Virus record (IMG/VR): IMGVR_UViG_3300017911_000749
Coordinates: 1 to 32,100 of that record
Reading direction: 5' to 3' (one strand)
Length of the DNA: 32,100 bases
DNA from: a virus
Taxonomy: Duplodnaviria; Caudoviricetes
This document shows, piece after piece, positions 25,975-32,100 of the stretch. A program made the position numbers and the translations under genes. The stretch's first letter is position 1, and every line of letters starts with the position of its first letter. Below the pieces are notes generated by a model. That model was not told where the DNA came from, did no database searches, and worked only from the letters and a program-made list of their open reading frames with translations.

Positions 25975-26017
25975 TTACGTGTATAATGGTTATTAATAAA
26001 CGTAAAAGGAGGTTACG

Positions 26018-26158
26018 TTGTCAAGCATCTGTATGATGTGTGGTAATCACACACACTTGGTAAACGCCAGGCATGTTTGCATAAATGATTTGTGCAAGAT
26101 GTACTTAGTGCCACAAGTAACACAAATTACTATTACAAATAACGCAATTTATTTGTAA
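26018..26158 (+). CDS. Small Zn-ribbon protein (46 aa, TTG start)
   Basis: AAGGAGGT RBS; CMMC...CINDLC; TATAAT at 25982-25987. Confidence 0.6.
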   Translation: MSSICMMCGNHTHLVNARHVCINDLCKMYLVPQVTQITITNNAIYL

Positions 26159-26183
26159 CCAAATTAAAAGTACAAGAGTCTTA
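26154..26183 (+). promoter_or_regulatory. ECF-type promoter motif copy 8
   Basis: TGTAACC-N17-GTCTTA before HTH gene. Confidence 0.65.
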
Positions 26184-26202
26184 TATAGACAGGAAGGAAT
26201 AG

Positions 26203-26415
26203 ATGACAGAAGTTAAATCACCATTGCTTAATGATTTGCGTATGGCTGCAATGAGTATTGATACGTTTACTAAGAAGCGTAACAATACAATTAAATATCT
26301 ATTTGAGAATAGACAGTCACAAAAAATAACAGTAGATACTATTGCAGAAGCAGCTGGCATATCACGTAAGCATGTTTACACAATAGCGAAGGAAGGTAAA
26401 GATGCCGAACTTTAA
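26203..26415 (+). CDS. Helix-turn-helix DNA-binding protein (70 aa)
   Basis: TVDTIAEAAGISRKHVYTI HTH motif. Confidence 0.8.
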   Translation: MTEVKSPLLNDLRMAAMSIDTFTKKRNNTIKYLFENRQSQKITVDTIAEAAGISRKHVYTIAKEGKDAEL

Positions 26416-27286
26416 TTTAGAGAACTACGAAACAGTAGAAGAACGACTATCTAAGTACTGGAAGGACCATCCCAATGGTAGGATATGGACCGAAGTAGTA
26501 CAGATTAGTGACGATGGTTCTATAGTAACAATTAAAGCATTAGTCTATAAAGACATAGAAGATGTCAACCCAGTTGCAACAGGTATAGCCCAGGAGACTC
26601 AAGGTCAAGGTGGGTTTGCTAACAAGGATGCCTGGATGGAGAACTGTGAGACATCAGCTATCGGTAGAGCTTTAGCCAACTGGAAATACCAGGGCAGCAA
26701 TAAGCCAAGACCAAGCAGACAAGAGATGAGCAAAGTATCTGACAAGCCAGCAGCCAAGGCAGCTGCGCCTAAAAAAAAAGATACAGCACCAGAGAAGGTG
26801 AAGTCCCCTTCTAATGAACTCAAGCAAATCATATTAGATATGTGTAATGGAGACAAAGACTTTGCAGCTAACGTATGGAAGGTTACAACTGCAAGGATGG
26901 ATGTTAAGAAGGAGATGCCTAAAGATGTAGCAGAGTACACAGATGATAACCAAAAAGTATTCATTGATGTAGCTGCTAAATATATTGACAAGCAAAAAAA
27001 AACTTTTGAAGAACGTCAAGGTAATTCAGAAGCAATAAACAATGTCATTGAAACTTTCGATGACGTAGAGATAAAAGAAGGAGAAGAAGATATGGCTAAT
27101 ATTCCAGACGGAGAGTGGCAAGGACAAGAGATGAGTGATGCACAGAAGAATTTTCTAAGTTCACTTATTGACCAAGCAATTGATGACGGTAAGGACCAAC
27201 TAGCAGCAGAAGCTAAGACCTTTATGAACAGCGGTAATGCTACAAAAGGTAAAGCATCTGAATGGATTGAGAAACTAAAGTCATGA
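26402..27286 (+). CDS. Putative single-strand annealing protein (Rad52/Sak-like) with acidic C-terminal region
   Basis: NYETVEERL...HPNGRI.TE...ATGIAQE...ENCETSAIGRALAN motif; family from memory. Confidence 0.6.
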   Translation: MPNFNLENYETVEERLSKYWKDHPNGRIWTEVVQISDDGSIVTIKALVYKDIEDVNPVATGIAQETQGQGGFANKDAWMENCETSAIGRALANWKYQGSNKPRPSRQEMSKVSDKPAAKAAAPKKKDTAPEKVKSPSNELKQIILDMCNGDKDFAANVWKVTTARMDVKKEMPKDVAEYTDDNQKVFIDVAAKYIDKQKKTFEERQGNSEAINNVIETFDDVEIKEGEEDMANIPDGEWQGQEMSDAQKNFLSSLIDQAIDDGKDQLAAEAKTFMNSGNATKGKASEWIEKLKS

Positions 27287-27555
27287 CGTACACACGAGTA
27301 GTGAAGGTTCCTAACGAAGGTACAGATACATACCGAGTGCTGCAAACTTTAAAGGCAGCCAACAATGAATGGGTATGTGGAGCTGACTTTCATAAAATGT
27401 ATCTGCCAACTTATGCACAACGTATTTCTGACCTACGTAAGATGGGTTACGGCATACAATCAGCACGATGCAGAGACCATTTGTTATGGAAGCACAATCA
27501 CAGAGGAGATATTGCAATGTATTTATTAACAGATGATGAGGAGGCACCGTTCTAA
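27283..27555 (+). CDS. Winged-helix DNA-binding protein (HTH_39-like)
   Basis: VLQTLK...YAQRISDLRKMGYGI motif. Confidence 0.65.
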   Translation: MTYTRVVKVPNEGTDTYRVLQTLKAANNEWVCGADFHKMYLPTYAQRISDLRKMGYGIQSARCRDHLLWKHNHRGDIAMYLLTDDEEAPF

Positions 27556-27737
27556 TGAATGAAGTAAAAGTAAAAGATGCAGACATATTAGTTCTAGTAA
27601 AAGAATTATTAACTAGAAGAGACAATGGAGTTCAGTTGTTTAGAGAAGCAACTATAACTGCTAAAGATGGAAGAGTGCAGCTGCTAGGAATCATGGCAGC
27701 TGTAGAGATGAAGCTAACAGATACAGAGGAGGAGTAA
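27555..27737 (+). CDS. Hypothetical protein (60 aa)
   Basis: Coupled; GAGGAGG RBS. Confidence 0.65.
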   Translation: MNEVKVKDADILVLVKELLTRRDNGVQLFREATITAKDGRVQLLGIMAAVEMKLTDTEEE

Positions 27738-27739
27738 CC

Positions 27740-27958
27740 ATGGTTATGGATATGATGGTTGAGGATAAAATCAAAGCCTCTGATATGTGGGAGATAAACA
27801 ATCCAAGAGTACATGCAGTCATGAGAAACTTGATGGTTCTTGTGGACCATTCAGATACAATACCAGATGAAATAACACATGAGGTTTTATCTTATGTATT
27901 GTCTTTGCTTGAAGCGTATGGTGACCCAAACTTTAAGGTACCAGTCCAGGCACAATAA
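27740..27958 (+). CDS. Hypothetical protein (72 aa)
   Basis: GGAGGAG RBS; coupled to SET gene. Confidence 0.65.
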   Translation: MVMDMMVEDKIKASDMWEINNPRVHAVMRNLMVLVDHSDTIPDEITHEVLSYVLSLLEAYGDPNFKVPVQAQ

Positions 27959-28245
27959 TGTACAGACCATTGCCAGATTTCCTGGCAGTACACCCTAGTT
28001 CAATAGATGGTGTTGGTATCTTTGCAATAGCAGACATACCAGCTGGTACATATATTGGATTAACTCATGTGCTTTGGTTCGGAGAGCCGAACAACTTATT
28101 GAGAACACCACTTGGTGGTTTTATAAATCATAGCGATACACCAAATTGCAAATTAAAAGGTAAGGTTATGAAACATTTATATGCAACAAGTGATATATCA
28201 ATAGGAGACGAACTAACTATTACGTATAGTTTGTATCAAGTCTAA
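27958..28245 (+). CDS. Minimal SET-domain protein-lysine methyltransferase
   Basis: SSIDGVGIFA..DIPAG (GxG), FINHSDTPNC (NHS), GDELTITY (ELxxxY). Confidence 0.85.
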   Translation: MYRPLPDFLAVHPSSIDGVGIFAIADIPAGTYIGLTHVLWFGEPNNLLRTPLGGFINHSDTPNCKLKGKVMKHLYATSDISIGDELTITYSLYQV

Positions 28246-29417
28246 AGAATCTTTAGGTTATCCCATCCTTTTTTATTTACAGTAAATGTAAGTACTCCAG
28301 GATGGGACCAAAGACCAGACCTTGCAGTAAAGTCAATGCTCTTATCTAAGCTAGGACTTTGGAACCATGTTCTATCACCTTGCTGCTTCGCACGAAAATG
28401 ATGATAGTGACCCGTAATTAAAATCTGTACGGCACTCATTGGTAAGAACCCATACATCTGGCCCTTCCACCAGTTCTCAATTTTATTTTCTGGATTGCTG
28501 CCGCTGCCACCAGTCATATGACCATGAGTCCAACCGCATGGTATCCCCTTGATATCCATTACCTGGTGAAAACCATCTGGTATATCTACAGTTACATTCT
28601 TATATCTCTCTTTATTTGCAGACATAATCTCTTCACATATTTGTAGATGCATCGTATCAGAGTTATCTAATCTAGTAGTAGCAACTTGACCTTTACTTGT
28701 CCTGGACATCTCACCATGGTTACCAGGCGCACCAGCAAGAACTAACTTATCAGCATGTGGTAAGAATGTATCTATAGTTTTCATAATCATAGACCTAGCT
28801 AATGCATATTGCTCAATCAGTGTGAGAGAAACATTGTGCGGCTGGCTCTCGTAAAAATGTGGTGTACAGTTTTCTGTAAGGTCACCTAATCCTATCATGT
28901 ATATCTCATCTATCTGGACCCCAGCTCTGCGCAGCTCTTTGATTCTGTTGACTGCATCTTGCAGCGCAACGTCATATCGTTTAATAGTGTTCTCTACACC
29001 AAAGTCTTTTTTACCTAGCTGCCAATCAGCCAGAAAGAATAAGAATGCAGTATCACCACCGTGAGTTTTAGATTTAAGTGGCGGCTTCTTACCAGCTTGT
29101 TTGAATAGAGCTTTAAAATATTTATCTTGTCCTGGATTCTTCTTACGTACGATACCTTTAAATGCGTAAAAGGTTTCTACTACACCACCTTTAAGCTGCG
29201 CATTCCAGGACGATGCACGTACTGTATCTACAATCTCATATATCTTTGGGTCAAAACCCCAGGTAAGAAGAATGTCATCAAACTTATTCCTAAAGTTTGG
29301 GTCCGTTCCTACATGTGTGATTTCACCTTGACCAGTAGCTTCGTTTATCTCTAGTCCAGGCTGCCATCCAGATTTATAAAAATTATTACCCCATTCTTGA
29401 GGTACTTTTTTAGTCAT
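28242..29417 (-). CDS. Calcineurin-like metallophosphoesterase (Mre11-like, actinophage type)
   Basis: ADWQLGK, LGDLTEN, PGNHGE, THGH, GHYHH; GGGAGG RBS. Confidence 0.85.
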   Translation of the reverse strand: MTKKVPQEWGNNFYKSGWQPGLEINEATGQGEITHVGTDPNFRNKFDDILLTWGFDPKIYEIVDTVRASSWNAQLKGGVVETFYAFKGIVRKKNPGQDKYFKALFKQAGKKPPLKSKTHGGDTAFLFFLADWQLGKKDFGVENTIKRYDVALQDAVNRIKELRRAGVQIDEIYMIGLGDLTENCTPHFYESQPHNVSLTLIEQYALARSMIMKTIDTFLPHADKLVLAGAPGNHGEMSRTSKGQVATTRLDNSDTMHLQICEEIMSANKERYKNVTVDIPDGFHQVMDIKGIPCGWTHGHMTGGSGSNPENKIENWWKGQMYGFLPMSAVQILITGHYHHFRAKQQGDRTWFQSPSLDKSIDFTARSGLWSHPGVLTFTVNKKGWDNLKIL

Positions 29418-29440
29418 AAACTAACCTCCCTGTTATAACT

Positions 29441-29450
29441 ATTATACACA
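29441..29450 (-). promoter_or_regulatory. Housekeeping-sigma -10 element for metallophosphoesterase
   Basis: TGTGTATAAT ending 23 nt upstream of ATG 29417. Confidence 0.55.
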
Positions 29451-29469
29451 GTCAAAGAGAGGTATTGTG

Positions 29470-29658
29470 TTATTTAGATATTTGTTTCTTAGCGAACTCT
29501 TTGATTACAACTAAAGCTGCACCAGCACCAGACATAGCAGCAAGCTGCAAAGCCGATGCGTCAACACCGACCAATGGAGCTACTGTCAAAGCCCCAATAA
29601 AGGCTTCAACAAATGTCCACAAAGTTTTCTCTAACATTCCTTTAAGTTCTTCACTCAT
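29470..29658 (-). CDS. Holin (r1t-like, 2 TM)
   Basis: LEKTLWTFVEAFIGAL...AGAALVVIK; overlaps endolysin stop. Confidence 0.75.
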   Translation of the reverse strand: MSEELKGMLEKTLWTFVEAFIGALTVAPLVGVDASALQLAAMSGAGAALVVIKEFAKKQISK

Positions 29659-30272
29659 TGTATTAGTTTTCCTAACTTTAATTTCTTTTGTATGTCCTCA
29701 AGTATAGCAATAATCTTATCCATTTTCTCCTCAAAACTTTGTGGTATATAGTTTTGTGGTGGACTGTCATTACTAACTTCTTGAACTTTTAAACCTTCTA
29801 TGATGTGTTGTCTCCAGGCATCACCAGGACAACTTGTTTGTTTAAACGATGAGTGTGGTCTTAGTTCTCCACCGACTTGTGAGTAGAGCCACTTAACAGA
29901 TTCAATAGCTTTATCTGAAGGTTTGTCGGCAGGTTTGCTACCACCAAGCCAACACACAGCAACATAATGCTTGTTATTGTAGTTAATCTCTTGCCTACTG
30001 TTACCACCTTGTGCTGCACTTCTGTTTCCAAATCCTCTACCTTCATAAATCTGTCCTGTATCTCCTACTAAAAAATTGTATGCTATATCATTCCAACCTC
30101 TATCAACTTGATGAAGTCTCTGTATAGTTTTAGCTTGGTCCATCTCTGCCTGGTTACCTACAGCTACTGGATAAGCAGACCAATGGATTACTAAACCTTT
30201 TACTTCTCCTAGTTTAGAGTATCTAGTCTTTGCTGGGTTAGCTCCCCAGCTATCTCTACTTATAATATTCAT
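29655..30272 (-). CDS. Endolysin, N-acetylmuramoyl-L-alanine amidase (Amidase_2/PGRP-like)
   Basis: IISRDSWGA, VIHWSA, GWNDIAYNFLV, IYEGRG, H...TSCPG Zn ligands. Confidence 0.9.
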   Translation of the reverse strand: MNIISRDSWGANPAKTRYSKLGEVKGLVIHWSAYPVAVGNQAEMDQAKTIQRLHQVDRGWNDIAYNFLVGDTGQIYEGRGFGNRSAAQGGNSRQEINYNNKHYVAVCWLGGSKPADKPSDKAIESVKWLYSQVGGELRPHSSFKQTSCPGDAWRQHIIEGLKVQEVSNDSPPQNYIPQSFEEKMDKIIAILEDIQKKLKLGKLIQ

Positions 30273-30281
30273 ATAAGTATC

Positions 30282-30476
30282 TTAGCCATTTAATTTAAAA
30301 AGTAATTCAGTAAAGTTACTTTCTAACATATCAAGTTCGCTATTCATCTCCTGGACCATAAGGTCACAACCTGTTTGATGCTGCTTTATTTCCTCTATTG
30401 AGTTAAATACCCAACCGAATGCACCAAGCATAGCTGATAAGACTACTGGTGCTAATACTTTTAAATCTATTTTCAT
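30282..30476 (-). CDS. Small membrane-anchored coiled-coil protein (64 aa)
   Basis: N-terminal TM then heptads; lysis-region location. Confidence 0.65.
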   Translation of the reverse strand: MKIDLKVLAPVVLSAMLGAFGWVFNSIEEIKQHQTGCDLMVQEMNSELDMLESNFTELLFKLNG

Positions 30477-30646
30477 AACATAAAGTTTCCGACAAGCGTT
30501 ATGATTGCAACGATTGTACCTAAGATTGTATAAAATTCTTTTCTATCTATTTTGTTTTCAAGTTTGTTATCAACTTCTTCAAGTTTATCCAACACCATAG
30601 TGAGCATCTCCTTCTGTGTAAATCCATTACCATTAGTGCTACTCAT
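30473..30646 (-). CDS. Small C-terminal-TM coiled-coil protein (57 aa)
   Basis: MSSTNGNGFTQKEML...ILGTIVAIITLVGNFML; coupled on both sides. Confidence 0.65.
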   Translation of the reverse strand: MSSTNGNGFTQKEMLTMVLDKLEEVDNKLENKIDRKEFYTILGTIVAIITLVGNFML

Positions 30647-30804
30647 TATGGTAAGTCATCCTCTGACATATAGATGTCATCTGACCAGGTGTATGCTTTG
30701 TCGAAGTAGTTACGATTTTCCCAGTCGTAGTTATTTATTCTTTTAATAAGATTATGAATATCTTTTAAAAAAAATCCTAATAAAAAACCTATGATGTAGT
30801 CCAT
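30646..30804 (-). CDS. Small hypothetical protein (52 aa), leaderless
   Basis: MDYIIGFLLGFFLKDI...; TGGTATAAT ends 6 nt before ATG. Confidence 0.6.
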   Translation of the reverse strand: MDYIIGFLLGFFLKDIHNLIKRINNYDWENRNYFDKAYTWSDDIYMSEDDLP

Positions 30805-30821
30805 TCGTGGATTATACCATA

Positions 30822-31559
30822 TTATTTATTGTCGTGTTTGTAGTTAACTCCACTAATTATAGATTTTTTAAATTCATTATCTATATCTTTATACTCTTGT
30901 TTAGTTCCAGGTCTGATATCTAATTCTAATTTTTCATTGTTTCTTTTGTAAATAAAACACTGTATTAATGGTGTACCACCTTGTACATAGAAATTAGTTT
31001 TTAATATTTCTAATGGAAATGTAGCAAAACCCCATTTGTCTGCTTCTACTATTGCAGGTAAACATCTAAACTCATCTCTAAAATGATAAAAGGGGTCAGT
31101 AAAATATATGTTATATCCTTCAGGTACAAATATTTTATATGGCATTTGTATTTTCATAATCATATTGTTAGCCAATGGTTTAATAGGTAAATGTTCAAAC
31201 TGTTCTTTAGAGTGATAGCTAATAAATTCAGGTTCTAATGGATATGGACCTGCTGCTCTTGATGATAAATCCCATCTTTGTTCTACAATATTATCTTCAA
31301 CTTCATTAGTATAAAACTTTAAATCACCCCATAAAGGTATTACAATTCCTTCACTTACGAAGTCCTGTATAGCAGGACAGTTTTTAATAGTTAATGGTTT
31401 GTGTAAACTTTTATTTTGTTCATATTTAAAATGTTCTAAGTGTGTTCCTAATTTTGTTTTCTTATACCAGTCAGGAAGCAACTTGTTAGTTAATACAGGT
31501 GGGTATAACTCTAATAGTGTTTCATATTCTTTTCTTTTAGGTATTACAGTTATTTTCAT
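30822..31559 (-). CDS. DUF6065-like beta-rich protein (245 aa)
   Basis: LPDWYK, TIKNCPAIQDF..G..IPLW.D, LPAIVEAD, GTPLIQCF; family name from memory. Confidence 0.55.
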   Translation of the reverse strand: MKITVIPKRKEYETLLELYPPVLTNKLLPDWYKKTKLGTHLEHFKYEQNKSLHKPLTIKNCPAIQDFVSEGIVIPLWGDLKFYTNEVEDNIVEQRWDLSSRAAGPYPLEPEFISYHSKEQFEHLPIKPLANNMIMKIQMPYKIFVPEGYNIYFTDPFYHFRDEFRCLPAIVEADKWGFATFPLEILKTNFYVQGGTPLIQCFIYKRNNEKLELDIRPGTKQEYKDIDNEFKKSIISGVNYKHDNK

Positions 31560-32098
31560 TTGTAAGTTTTACTTTGATGAATAAGTCTTGCATAATGATT
31601 TGCGACTTTTCTAGCAAAAGATATTTCTCTAAGAGTTTCGTATTCACCATCTTTCCAATAACCAGTTTTCATTTTCCAATTATCTCTTTTAAATGGAATT
31701 AATTGTGCTATTGGTGTTCCCATTTTTATAACACCTTCATGATGATTAGATACCCATACTGGTAAAGCAAAAGAAAATTCTGATACATCTGTATCTATAA
31801 TTGCAGGTAATGCTCTAAATGGATTATCGTGTTCTAATAGTGTAGGTAAAACTAAAGTAGAATATCCTTTAGGTGTAATAGGAATAGTTCCCCAATTTAA
31901 TTTACTAACATGTTCGTGATAGCCATAAGGTGGTTTTATTAACATTGAATTTTCTGAATGTAAAGTAAAAACATTAGCATTAAGTTTCCAATTAATATGA
32001 TATGAATTATTATCTGTTTGTTCTAATATTACTTCACATGGAAGTTCTACTGTATATCCTATTGTCATAGCATCAACAAAAGGAACACATTTACGAAC
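31556..32098 (-). CDS. Second DUF6065-like paralog (5' end beyond window)
   Basis: Frame stays open upstream of 32068 (VRKCVPFVDAMTIG); LPAIIDTD and GTPIAQLIPFKR match the neighbour. Confidence 0.6.
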   Translation of the reverse strand, partial: VRKCVPFVDAMTIGYTVELPCEVILEQTDNNSYHINWKLNANVFTLHSENSMLIKPPYGYHEHVSKLNWGTIPITPKGYSTLVLPTLLEHDNPFRALPAIIDTDVSEFSFALPVWVSNHHEGVIKMGTPIAQLIPFKRDNWKMKTGYWKDGEYETLREISFARKVANHYARLIHQSKTYK

Positions 32099-32100
32099 TG

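Noticed and set aside
25963-25979. LexA, GlnR or NtcA box
   Set aside because: GTAAC-N5-GTTAC does not match CGAAC-N4-GTTCG, GTNAC-N6-GTNAC or GTA-N8-TAC.
20929-26158. WhiB among the small Cys-rich ORFs
   Set aside because: None has the WhiB Cys spacing with the G[VI]WGG turn.
22227-26183. Repeated motif as integron attC sites (GTCTAA resembles RYYYAAC and overlaps stops)
   Set aside because: No paired GTTRRRY end, no long imperfect palindrome, no integrase; fixed 16-17 nt spacer fits a promoter.
407-31584. Many ORF-track entries antisense or out of frame to long genes (e.g. 407..589, 1120..1341, 2784..3005, 4980..5312, 19040..19597, 20581..20784, 22087..22365, 26605..26991, 27016..27345, 29465..29707, 31399..31584)
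   Set aside because: Shadow ORFs overlapping better-supported genes; no RBS or recognisable motifs.

Overview
An AT-rich (roughly one-third G+C by eye) segment of a tailed dsDNA phage with podovirus-like architecture; no host chromosomal genes, tRNA, rRNA, CRISPR, integrase, DNA polymerase, primase or helicase were recognised. Minus-strand late arm (20907->1): four tiny basic proteins, large terminase with an N-terminal Zn-finger/HTH extension, portal, several large putative internal/ejection proteins (one lysozyme-fold), scaffold, major capsid, head-tail adaptor and a truncated beta-propeller tail protein. Plus-strand early arm (22262->28245): zeta-toxin-like kinase, many small ORFs, HTH proteins, a single-strand-annealing-like protein and a SET-domain protein. 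A second minus-strand block (32100->28242) has two DUF6065-like paralogs, a lysis cassette (amidase, r1t-like holin) and a metallophosphoesterase. An actinobacterial low-GC host is inferred, not shown. The best new signal is a candidate regulatory circuit: eight copies of an ECF-sigma-type promoter (TGTAAC(C)-N16/17-GTCTAA) drive the early genes and an ectopic plus-strand island, six early genes share an AGGAAGG ribosome-binding site, and a ~90-nt promoter- and terminator-delimited RNA (3972->~3880) carries its complement ACCUUCCUUU. Three further structured non-coding elements, an ATA-initiated Cys-rich gene, two in-frame poly-A tracts and apparent GATC/CCGG avoidance are reported. All family names come from motif recognition, not database searches.
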